Assembly (NCBI RefSeq): GCF_003918875.1
Contig: NW_025765507.1
Location: forward strand, 1-64,000
Length of the DNA stretch: 64,000 nucleotides
Direction: 5' to 3'
Source: Haliotis rubra
Taxonomy: Eukaryota
The translations under genes were made by a program, and so were the position numbers. Positions 40,421-52,630 of this stretch are shown here, in pieces (position 1 is the stretch's first letter; each line of letters begins with the position of its first letter). The notes under the pieces are model-generated. The model was given only the letters and a program-made list of their open reading frames with translations, was not told the DNA's origin and made no database searches.

Positions 40421-40962
40421 ATACACATGGATATGATTTGTGCACATTAACATGCTGGGAAGATGTTTAAGTTTTGACTTCTGTTTCAGTGGATGTAATG
40501 CTCCGTGTCTGATATGTTAATCTAAGTCCAAATTTCGGAAGCCATTCCGTTTATTTTCCAGCACATGCTGACATTCTCAGTGCACTAGCAGCTAGCTACA
40601 TGTCTTAAATGTAATGCCTCTTGTTTTTCTACAATCATGTATAGGTCGACCAGCACTAAGTTGTTTGAATTGTTCATATATGCACGTGTTTTAAATATGA
40701 TTTAGGAGGTACACGTGCTGTGATTACAAATAAACTGACTTTTACATTTAAAGAATCCCGGTAAATTTGATATTAGAAACCGAACGCATCTTTTCAAATT
40801 TTCCAATTTCATGCACAGGTGAGTTTTTTTTGTACCATACGAATTTTCAAAGGGACCTTTGGGCCTCAGGATTGACATTGCACAATGAACTTCACTTCCC
40901 GCAGTAGAAGGTGAATCGTCCAGATTGTTGACGTTGGGTGGATATGTCAATCCAAGATGATA

Positions 40963-41140
40963 TCTGTAAATAATCGAGTCTGGACCAGACAATCTAGTGA
41001 TCAACAGCCTTAGAATCGATATACGCAATTGGGATACGACGACATGTGTCAACCAAGTCAACAAGCCTGACCACCCGACCCCGTTAGTCGCCACTTACGA
41101 CAAGCATGGGTTACTGAAGATCAGTTCTACCCCGGACCTT
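40963..41140 (-). mobile_element. SINE family 3 fragment
   Basis: TAATCGAGTCTGGACCAGACAATC..ACGACAAGCATGGGTTACT; related copies at about 29309-29460, 42085-42260 and 55070-55230. Confidence 0.7.
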
Positions 41141-43432
41141 AAAAGGTCCCTTAAAATGTAATCCTCAACCAGAACGCAACTAACCAATTGCAGTTTGTTT
41201 GGTTACGATTATGTTAGCTTATAAAACCTCTTCATTGTAACAGGGTTAGTGAATAATTATATTTGGGGTATTTTGTCAGCAACTACACATCATCTCACGA
41301 AAACTTCATTTTCATACCTGTAACTGTAAAAGAGCTGCCTCTGGGATCTCCGCATCTAACATCTTGAAATGAGGAAAAACAAGTGTGTATTATACACATA
41401 AGACATTTTCCAGCATTTCACGGAAATCCATTCAACACCAGTTGCTGTTCAGGATAAGATCTTTGACTTTCTGAAAGCCGAAGAAATAATTGGTGAAAAA
41501 AGACGTTCATGTTTAGGTTATTTGGACAAAACTAAATCATATTTTGTTGTGTGGTATTACACAGTCAGACCTTTTTGAAAGATTTAATGCCTATGTCACC
41601 ATATTTTGTGAGTGTGATTACACCAAATGCAGGTCGTAAGTTAAATGTGGTAGATTTTAATTGGCTATGAAATGTCAGAAGGTGCGATATCGTGAACCCA
41701 AATACTAAAGGGCGTGTAAATAGAGTTATGACCTAAGGACTATTGTTCTCATCAACATGTAAATGTCATGCAAACTCCTTTTTGAAAAAAGGTGCTCATC
41801 GTATGCTCATAACTATGAACAGGGATGATAAACACATATTAAGAACGTATATTTGGTAAACTATGCAATAACTACGGTCTATCATCTTTTTCTCTGTATG
41901 TCCTGTGCTTGATGATTTGCATGTTGAATGTTCTTGCCATATACAAACCAATCATCCTACATTTTCAAGTTTATTGTATTCCATGCGTTCCTTATATACC
42001 CACCCATTAAAACGTGTGACATGACATTTATTTTATGCAATGAATTATACTGTGTTACTATGATGTTAGCATAGTAAAGATGCCCATGACGATCCAGGCT
42101 GGAAATGGTCTTCAACAACCATAAAGGGTAGGGCGGTCAGATTCGCTGACTTGGTTGACACATGTCATTGCATCCCAATTATGTAGAGAGGTGTTCATGG
42201 TGTCAGTCACGGGATTGTCTGGTCCAGACTCGATTATTTACAGGCTGCCGTCATTTAGATGGATGATGTGGACAGGTTGAATGAGGTTCACAATATCGGA
42301 CCTTTGGAATGGTTGAATGAAGATTTCCCTAGCTCCTCTAACTGTGCTAGAGCTGTGAGATTACATCGTCCCATGATGAAAGTGATATGTATGTTATCTG
42401 CTGTCGCATTCCTATATGAGCCTGATATCAATAGACGACAAGGACACTGATGAGTTATTTGATGTGAATGACTCACTATGTGCTCAAGGTGAAACTGCTA
42501 TGTTTGGAGGCCTTAATGCTGACATATCGAAATTCGCTATCGCTCGATGTTTACTGATTACTTACAATAGAGTATACACTTGGGAAAGGAGACGATATCA
42601 GTAAAAAGCAAAAGAGTATACCCTCATACCATCTCATTTACAATGTAAGGTAAAATCAAGAATTCTCTATATATAATCTTGAGACTCACACATATTCGTG
42701 TTATCTTAACCTTACCCTAGAGACCCTGTTATCTCCGAGACATTGTTAGTAAATGCACTGGACGAAGGGATGTGTAGCGTGTCACCAACTGACAGTGATT
42801 TAGAAGCACATGCATTCGAGATATGACATACATTCGAATCTGACAACAAATTTCTATTTGTTACACATGTTTTATCACTAGTTTGCCTTTTATTCCCCAT
42901 GTGATCTGTTTATTCGAAGGTGTTTGTTTGGTTGACCATAATTATTTTGTGTCAGTCTAATTATTAGTTCCTTTTTGGTGTTGTATTTCATAACTTCGAA
43001 GAACGCCCAAAGTCAGTTTCACACATTTAGCTGACATGGTCAATCCAGCACTCAAAATAGTTGCAACGTTTATCCTATCGACGATCGGAACGGTGTGGTA
43101 TGGTACGGTGAGAAGCTGCCACTTCGTGACAAGCTCTTTTAATGTGCCACGGTTTTTCACGTTTGGTGTTTACATCAAAGTGCTAAACATATACTTTATG
43201 TTTTCAAAGAGGCGTTTAACACAAATCGCCAAAGATATCAGTAAAATACAGACACGGGAAACTGGCATCTATTTATTTTACATGTACCATATCAAAATGA
43301 ATTTCAAACAAAACATTGTTACGTACTATTTCAAAGGAATGATCTTCAATCAGCATCACATTATTGTTACAGATTATTCTATTCAGGTCGAGTCATCATT
43401 GCTCCGTTTATTTCATATAACTACTCTGAAGG

Positions 43433-46400
43433 TCAACACCATCCGGGGCTCCAGACGTTCCCGAAGTTTTTAGGGTTAGATGCAGGATCACCAGGAGGGT
43501 AGAGGGCGGGGACCATCTGCTTCCGATAGTCTTCAATCCGGGCTCTTAGTTGGTCGACAATGTCCGGCTTCTTAGGTGCGAGGTTGTAACGCTCAGTGGG
43601 ATCCGCTGTAGACAGACAAGGGGTTATTAACATAATGACAAATAGCATGTGTGCATGGACTTATTGCGTTTGCACAGATTATGGACACATATTTGAAAAT
43701 ATACATTTTCGTATATATTTTGAGAAAGGTAAATCCTCCTTACAATTTTACAAATACGTTTATAGTCAATAGGTAATTGTTTCTGTTTTGCACCTACATC
43801 GTATATTGTACAGACGAGCTGGGAAGTCGCCCTTGAGGTATGTGATGGAATCATAAATGTCATTCTTTGTCTTGTTCATAGGCTCGTGCCAGCCATCGGG
43901 TGTCCCTGGATAGCCCAGTATCAACTTGTAGTCTCCAACCCTATCAACAAACAACACCACACAGGATCATTTACTGTACAACATTTTGAATTTATGGAAA
44001 CTCAGCATGTTTTCATTAAAATAGAGAACGATAACATGTAAACACAATCAGGCTATAGATCGCTAGGAACTGAAGGTAAATCACCATTCCAGGGACCAGT
44101 TTTGGTTTACAATAAACTACTATCTGCTTAAACCGCAGCTCGAGTTACATCATCACTTTAGGTGCTGGCGATTATCAAGGTGCCAAGGACAGTTGTTACT
44201 AAATTATTTTTGTAATTAAATACATAAAAGCATTTGCCTTATTCCAGCATGACCCTCCATTACAGGTTCAAAGTCGTCAAGATTGTATATGAATTCGGTT
44301 CTGGACGATGGATTGCCATTCCTGATGGATTCCCAGTGACTTATTCCATCGATTGTCGTCTCTACAAAAGTTGAATGATAAAGTAAATGGATTTCATAAA
44401 TGAAAACAAATACTAGAAAAAAACCCATATGAATTTAAAAGAATCGGTAATAAGTTGGGTGGGGTTATTACCAGGAGATCCGCCAGCCGCTGATACCAAG
44501 GTGGGCTTCCAGTCTACAGCATGCATTATTCTGTAATGACATGGGTCTGTGATTACCGGACTGCTAAAGATGGTCTATACTCATGCTGCCTAGGATCTTC
44601 AACCAGTCACCATTAGCTCCAGAAATAGCTCCAGAATATCGAAATTTACCGATGTGATGTAAAGCAATATTATCAAGAATTATACATTCTCTTTTGATAT
44701 GACGATGACATAATCGCTTATATTGCTGACATCTACAAACCCGTTATAAGTTGTTTTGGTTTTCTTCAGTCCGGCGCCATACATGAAGGATGTCCCCCTC
44801 GTGCCCCCCTCCCAGATTGTGTGCTTTCCTCCTCTTAGAGGCCAGTTGCTGGCATACACTTCTACAGGACCGCCATTCTGAAGTGATATAAAACTCTCCT
44901 TTTGAATGATAATATATATCTCTTACTGTTCGTCAGTATAGTGAAGTGTAATTGATCTGTAAAATAAGATTGTGTTGCACACACAGTTAAGATCATACAT
45001 ACATTTCGGGTATTTATACGAATGCCAATGATTGGCAATGTACTCTCGGGTGACCCTTTTCAACATATCTTTGTTCAGGATGTAATCTGTATCGTCTTAG
45101 TATTTGTTTCCTTACATCAGCTGTAAACAGAATGAGTGTGTTGTCAAACAACCCCTTCTCCTTGAGAGCACTTGTAACGTTGCCAACAGCTTCGTCGAGG
45201 GCAGACACCATTCCTAAAGAGAGAAAATATCATCATAAACTCGTATCGTAACTTTGGTTTTGTGATAAGTGATTCTAATGTGTAACTCAACCATCTCATT
45301 TCACACCATTTCACAACCCTCCTTTGAATGTGCTGGTTCCTTGAGATAATATCCCGAGGGCGAGTCACATAGTCCATATATGCCTATACCTTTTATCTCA
45401 AATTCAACTAAATGTAAATAAATGGTTTTTTTTCACATTTTATCGTGATATTCTTGACCTATACTGAATGAACAAGGCGCTTAGACCTGATCCGGACATA
45501 TCGTGGTTTACCTTCTTAATGCAGAGACGCATATTGTACTATTCTTTATCCCCATTAGACTTAACACCTCCGGGCTATCAACCTGCCCACTAAAGACCAT
45601 GGATAGTGAACGGGTAGAGGAACGTATGTGTAATTCCAGTTTGAAGAAGTTCGGATTACCTGAAAATATTCTGCGGCCTTCGTTTAACACGTTAGGGTAC
45701 ATGTTGTAGTACTTTTCGGGAACCTGAATACAGAATGATGAGAAACTGACACTGTGATGAATTTTGCAGCTGTCTCCATGAAGAGGTAAACATTGAAGAT
45801 ATTTGAAAATGTTTTATGCAGACACATTTCTTGTGAAAAAACAAATGTCTGAACATTTTGTACTATGTAGATGTGTTTCATTCTAAGTGTTATAAAGCAA
45901 CTACAGCTTAAATGTACAGCTGCAAGGGAACACAAAACAGCCGGTGCAATATACGCGTTGTTTTGTAAAGAAACAAGTTGAAAGACTACTTTACCTCAAT
46001 CGGGGCATGTACGTTCTGATAGGGCAGGTACATAAACAGAGGCTGGGAGACGTTGTGTTGGTTGATGATGTCAATAGCTTTCTGGGCGAATGTATACTGA
46101 AACAGAGAGACAGGACGAGTACATGTAATACGATGCTGCATTGTGTGTGGGGAGCGATCTGGTAGCGTGTTCGTTACCGCCTGTGATGATTGGGATCAGG
46201 GCAGACAAGTTGTCTGATACTGTATTGATACTGATAAAACCTATTCAGAATACAATGACAAGCAGTCACCTCAGTTGGACAACTTGATCCAATTAGACAC
46301 CAATTAGTGGGCTAATGTCACAAATGATATATTTGATTATACTCTCTTAGTGAATTACAAATTCAAATGCTGCTTCATGTTGAGTCCCACTCAGAGTGAG

Positions 46401-49400
46401 ACAGGGATCGCCATTACACAAAGGCCATGATCCATGCCACACTCCGCAAAATGGTAATATCGGGTGTGACTTAACTTGAAGAGGTACTGGAATTTGTAAT
46501 TTACTTTGAAAACGTAATCATAAAAATAACATTTGTTACATGGTTGTATGTAGTGGTAGAACACCCCCCACCCATCCCCCACCCCCCTTTCCTGTAAGTC
46601 ATGGTAGCATATGTGTCATCTGTCGAGCAGTCGTAGTGTTTGAACCCTACGCAGGTCAATAACTTTGTTCCTGATTTTATGCAGATCCCAGGTTAAAAAT
46701 AACTAGCCATTAGGTACTGAAAATGTATCCCCTGAGCACAGATATGGATTCATTATCAGTGGAAGACAAGAATGACGAACATTTCAATTCTCAATCACAC
46801 AGCTGTCCAATGTTGATTTATCCAACTGGTGTGGTCACTAGTTTGTACATTACTCACAGCTGAATACTCCCCCCTGTAATCCCAAGCGGGAAGTTTGTTA
46901 TCCCGGTAGTCCAAATAGGCATCTGCAAAATACGTATGTGAAATCTGATATGCGTAAAATGTGTCCCTATTTCCTATCTATTCTCCATTGGTTATGGCAT
47001 CATTTTCATACAGCTATTAGTGAGTGAGTTAATATTTAACGTCACATCGGCAATATCTCAGCCATATCGGGACGAAAACAATTTATACAATAAAAAGTGA
47101 AAACATTTTGAAGATTAAAACCTGTCGACGATGGACAGTAAAAATACTAGATAATCACATATATAATATAAAACTAGCGAGCAAAGCTAAAACATTCCAA
47201 TTAAAGAAGACAATACAATATAAAACACGGGCTATAGATCTCCAACAACTGAAGGTAGATCACCATACTAGGAACCATGGGGACTTACATTACTTTTCCT
47301 ACCTGCATGGAGCCTAGCTGGCATACAACTATTACATCACCTATGGAGCCTAGCTGGCATACAGCTATTACATCACCTATGGAGCCTAGCTGACATACAG
47401 TTATTACATCACCTATGGAGCCTAGCTGGCATACAGCTATTACATCACCTATGGAGCCTAGCTGGCATACAGCTATTACATCACCTATGGAGCCTAGCTG
47501 GCATACAGCTATTACATCACCTATGGAGCCTAGCTGGCATACAGCTATTACATCACCTATGGAGCCTAGCTGGCATACAGCTATTACATCACCTATGGAG
47601 CCTAGCTGGCATACAGCTATTACATCATCACCTATGGAGCCTAGCTGGCATACAGCTATTACATCACCTATGGAGCCTAGCTGGCATACAGCTATTACAT
47701 CACCTATGGAGCCTAGCTGGCATACAGCTATTACATCACCTATGGAGCCTAGCTGGCATACAGCTATTACATCACCTATGGAGCCTAGCTGGCATACAGC
47801 TATTACATCACCTATGGAGCCTATGGCATACAGCTATGGCTATTACATCACCTAGCCTAGCTGGCATACAGCTATTACATCACCTATGCATACAGCTATT
47901 ACAGCCTACATACACAGCTATTACATCACCTATGGAGCCTAGCTGGCATACAGCTATTACATCACCTATGGAGCCTAGCTGGCATACAGCTATTACATCA
48001 CCCATGGAGCCTAGCTGGCATACAGCTATTACATCACCTATGGAGCCTAGCTGGCATACAGCTATTACATCACCTATGGAGGCCAAACCCTAACAACCTA
48101 AATTCATGAAATGAAAATGGTTCCACTTGGTAAATAATGTTTGCTGTTTGTGTATGAATATTGTTTACATAGTGATCCTGGCGTTTGTATTTCTCCGACT
48201 TAACTAGTTGATTAAAAAAGGGGTTTAAAGACATGATTCAAAACTACGTGACTGACTTTGATGAAATATACTGATAACGTGTCGTATTTGTAGTAATGTA
48301 CTTGCTTTTGGTGTGATTGAAGTAGTCTTCTTCTGCACTGTAGTAGCCAAAGAACGTATCAAACCCTCGGTATGTTGGCGTGCACTCCCATTTACAGAAA
48401 CCCAGGTGCCACCTTGCAAACAGGTGAAAAATAGTGGGATGGTCTTGAGTGGTGCAACATAGTGACACAAGGATATATTTAAATCTTGATCATTTGTCAA
48501 TTGATATAATTCTCTGCAGAAATTCATGTAAATATCTCGTCCGTTAGGTATCTGCGATTCCATTATGCAAGTGTACACTACACAATCAGAAATACAATAT
48601 CGCTCTCTATAGACATGTTGTATCATTGTGAGTTTGCTGGACATACTTGCCGACCATATGTGTAGCGTAGCCGAGTTTCTTCAACTCTTGAGGCAGAAAG
48701 GTGTAGTTAAGAGGGACACACGCGGCCTGGTGATCTCCAAGAACGTTGTGCTGTTAAAAATATATAAGCTAGACCCTGTTATGTCATAGTATATTAATGG
48801 AAAGGAGCTTTGGTTCCATCATCATTAAAGTTGATTATGCTCATTATGACTACATCCACTCAGTCAGACTGGCAGTATCGCACTCTACACAAACGGTTCT
48901 GCTATGAGTTTGCTGGACATACTTGCCGACCATGTGTGTGGCATAGCCGAGTTTCTTCAGCTCTTGTGGCAGGAAGGTGTATTTGAGAGGAACACAAGCA
49001 GCCTGACACTATGCTTCAATGTGAGATATAAAAGGCCCATTACATGGCAGCACACAGCCACAGGCCGTTACATAAAACCTTATGTGTTCCATTATCATGG
49101 GAACAGCCAATCTTTCCTTTCACTTACCTGCATGCCCACCTTGAAAGGAAACATTCCACTCATGAAGGCCGTGCGAGACCTGTAAACAATCATAGGCGAC
49201 CATGATAATCTCAGCTCGATAATACATTCATGATACTTATTCATTGTTAAGGTTTTGAATGTGAGGCAGGTAATTCTACGAACACGTTTTACAATTTGTA
49301 TGTTGAATACATGCATTAACGTTATATAGAAATACAAATGTAAGGTCTGTGACAAAACAAATGATAATTACGGGCTACAATACGGCTGGACATATGCACT

Positions 49401-50381
49401 CTCAAAGATGATCCCCTCTGTTGCCAGTTTGTCGATGTGAGGAGTCTTCATGTGTGGGTTTCGGAAGCCAACATCGTACCATCCTGATTGTAATGAAAAT
49501 TGACATGATATGATTAAGTATACATAAGCATCACTGAAGTGTAACATTTAGTCGTTTTTACGGTACAGATCTTCCATATAAGCCTGGATGTTAGCTGCTT
49601 TCCGAGTAACCTCTGGAGCTTTGGGGTAGCCTAGTGGTAAAAGAGTTCGTTCGTCATGGCGAAGTGCCGTGTCCCGCATAAAATCTGTGAAGCCCGTTTC
49701 TGGTGTCCCCGACATAATATTGCTGGAATATTGCTAAAAGCGCCGTAAAACCTTGGCCACTCCATGAAAGTAACATCGTACCACCCTTATTGAAATTAAA
49801 GTTGACACAGTATGTTTATATATATTATACCTTATTGAAGTGTAAAGTAGAATCGCGTTAACAATGTGTTTCTTTCTCTTGATCTTGTCATGTTGTTATT
49901 ATCTAACTGATCTAACAGATATGATGGACGTAATCTACGATGTCAATCTGAAGCGATGTGTCAAATATCTCCCCATGCAATCCATGTGCCTAAAACCTAG
50001 TTATGAAAACACTTGCTGGATGAAACATACGTTTCCTGGTATTTTATGTGAATATTGCATGTAAATGAGACCTCTAGGTACGAACTGTTTTTACCATCCA
50101 AAGTCTACGTTTATTGATCATTTCAAATGTGTTTGCAAGTATAGAATGCTTAAACCTAGCAGTGATAAACGATGTTCAATCTTCCGAAGCATACACAGAC
50201 GAGTCTGTCATATAACGAAGAATAACAGCGAATATGTGTGCACAGGCACTTTGTACACACAATTAATCTACTCACCTAAATCATCTGCAACTATGAAGAC
50301 AATGTTGGGGGGTTGTGTTGCCGCACAAGACACAATAATCAAGAAGAACACAAGGATGAACTTCTCCATTTCTACTGTCAT
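43433..50381 (-). CDS. ARSB: Arylsulfatase B-like gene E, intact 14-exon CDS
   Basis: Exons 50381/50369-50276, 49483-49372, 49179-49128, 48750-48647, 48412-48306, 46922-46858, 46096-45995, 45723-45660, 45213-45116, 44877-44741, 44530-44472, 44361-44238, 43940-43798, 43605-43433. Exon lengths are identical to gene D; CSPSR motif present; GC donors at introns 5 and 12. Confidence 0.92.
47020..47321 (-). mobile_element. 5'-truncated LINE 3' end with TSD CATACAGCTATTA
   Basis: Same 3'UTR as the other copies; CATACAGCTATTA at 47007-47019 reappears right after the truncation point. Confidence 0.8.
47307..48081 (+). repeat. 36-bp minisatellite, about 21 copies, in intron 5 of gene E
   Basis: Unit ATGGAGCCTAGCTGGCATACAGCTATTACATCACCT, nearly perfect copies with no spacers. 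Confidence 0.95.
48923..49005 (-). other. Extra partial copy of exon 4 in intron 3 of gene E (candidate alternative exon)
   Basis: Encodes (Q)[27 protein letters not shown], followed by the same donor sequence GTATGTCCAGCAAACTCA as the real exon 4. Confidence 0.8.
49620..49750 (+). mobile_element. SINE family 1, decayed (paralogous fragment at about 38985-39075)
   Basis: GGGGTAGCCTAGTGGTAAAAGAGTTCG..AATATTGCTAAAAG; occupies the same intron-1 position in D and E. Confidence 0.65.
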
Positions 50382-50940
50382 AGATAAATGAACACACCGC
50401 AGAGATTATTGTTATATTCACAAGATGGCCTTCACTCGCTTATCTCCCATGTATTATATACATGTACAACGTGATATGTAGCAGCTTAAGTGTGCCTGTA
50501 CTTAATTTGCTGACATTCCAATAGATCCCATGTCTGATTCGCTGTACGTAATTGTTCATGCATTTTTCATGCTTTGTGACTAATTGTTTAGACCATGTTT
50601 AAACATCCCACTAAGCAACAGGACAGAAAACTAAACAAAATTATCTCTCACAAATATTACTGATATTGTTGGTGTCATAGTTCCAGGTTTCTTGAGTATA
50701 TGTTCAGAGAAAATAAGACTATTATCACCCCTGCCAATACACAGATTGGTGACGTACAGGATCGGTAAGGCATATCTATTTCTCCACTTTGACCTACTTG
50801 GTCCTGTAATTCATATACTCGCGATTGTTCAATAACTAGGAACGTTTTTTCAAATTCAGAATGCGTTGGGGGTGTTGCTATCTAACAGTTTTGTGTAGAA
50901 AAATATGTGCAACATTTTTAATCATCTGTTCACTGACCAT

Positions 50941-51103
50941 GAGTGAGTGAGTGAGTATGGTTTCACGTTGCTTTTCGCAATATTCCAGCAATATCACGGC
51001 GGGGGACACCAGAAATGGGCTTCACACATTGTACCCATGTGGGGAATCGAACCCGGGTCTTCGGCGAACGCTTTAACTACAAGGCTACCCGACCGCCACT
51101 CAC
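50941..51103 (-). mobile_element. tRNA-derived SINE, family 1
   Basis: Reverse-complement copy with a (TGAG)n tail. Confidence 0.8.
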
Positions 51104-51880
51104 TGGCCATGAGCCGTGGAATATGACAAAGCCGTGGTATGCATTCCTCTGTGATACGGGAACATGTTGACGTGACTACTGTCGTCCACGATAACGTGCA
51201 ATCCATTGTTCGCAATCCAAGTATGTTGGTGTGATTCATGTTTGTTGACACACCAAACTACCGTCAGGAGATTGTTAATAAGGGGTTGTTGTTATGAACA
51301 AAGGGCAAGCTTGACCTCAAAGTCACCGAGCTTTCCAACTCGTTCGAGCTGTTCGCCTCTTCAAAAACCCGCATTTGCTGTTGAGGTATATTGCATGAAG
51401 ACGTCTTGGGGCAGAGCTTATTTGGTCTCTAACGTACGCTGGTAAACACATGGACCCATCAAATTATAACACATTGTTGCAAAATGAAGACTCCTTTCCC
51501 AATCATCAGTAAGTAACGTCATATCAAAGTTCAATGCGCGAGTTCTGCGCTTAAGGTATATTGTTCTAAAGGGTCATATCAGTAAACCGTCACTCTCACT
51601 AGGAGATATTTGCTGCCATATCGTGACGTCAGCAAGAAAGCAACCAGTTGTAAGTAGTAATGAAGAGATTCAGATTAGGCTCGTGTGGATCTCATAAATG
51701 GAGAGTGAATACGTTGGCCTTCAAGTCGGGATCATGTGTAGCGAGTATTTCATCACTTCCAGGAATATCCCAAATGAATTTCACACACTGAACCTACACG
51801 TTCAACCCAGCAAGCCAAGACTGATATCGTGAAACCATTTACACCATTGACTATCGTAATGGTGTGGTATGACAAGAAGT

Positions 51881-52270
51881 GAGTTAATATTTAACGTCAC
51901 ATCGGCAGTATTTCAGCCATATCGTGACGAGAACATTTGATATTGAAATGACATATATGCATATTATTAAACACCTGCCGACGAAGGACAGTAAAACAAC
52001 TAGAATATCACAGATATGTATGTAAAACTAGTAATTATATCTAAAACGTTTTAACTATAGGGGGAAAACAATACAGTATAAAAAGGGCTATAAATCGCCA
52101 ATAACTGAAGGTAGATCACCATACCAGGGACCCAAGGGGACTTACATTACTTTTGCTACCTGCATGGACCCCAGTTGGATTTACACCATCCCCTCAACCA
52201 TTGGCGACAGAAGAGAAATCTAGCCATAAATTAAAAGCACACATATTCAACGATTAAAGACGTGGCAAGC
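51881..52270 (-). mobile_element. 5'-truncated LINE 3' end with 14-bp TSD
   Basis: TSD GTATGACAAGAAGT at 51867-51880 and 52271-52284. Confidence 0.85.
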
Positions 52271-52630
52271 GTATGACAAGAAGTACCATACATGACAAGA
52301 GAGTCTAAACTGTCACAATTGACCACATGATAGTCAGAATCATATCTTGGCGTTGGGTTTAAGAAACGTGTTTAAACATGAACCTTGTACTCCGTACATC
52401 ATACTTACGGTTCCAAGTGTGTTTAACATAACTGTGCCATTGTTTCAGTGAAAAGAACACTCGGGGACCTGACATGTATTTATTTTACATAAGATAGCAA
52501 AATGACTTGTTCCATATTACTGCATCCGAAATAACGTCATTCAACATAATATAATGGTTACAGAATCGTTCATTTACTTCGAATTTAACATTGCTTAAGT
52601 GTATTTTATTTGAAATAAAGACATCGAATG

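Noticed and set aside
43036-43473. 145-aa ORF antisense to the 3' end of gene E (paralog 30424-30717)
   Set aside because: AT-rich 3' flank; the frame is not preserved over its length between the two duplicates and no domain is recognisable.
47307-48093. CRISPR-like array or repeat protein ([12 protein letters not shown])n
   Set aside because: Head-to-tail 36-bp units with no spacers and no cas genes, in a eukaryotic intron. The ORF is a by-product of a stop-free unit whose length is divisible by 3.
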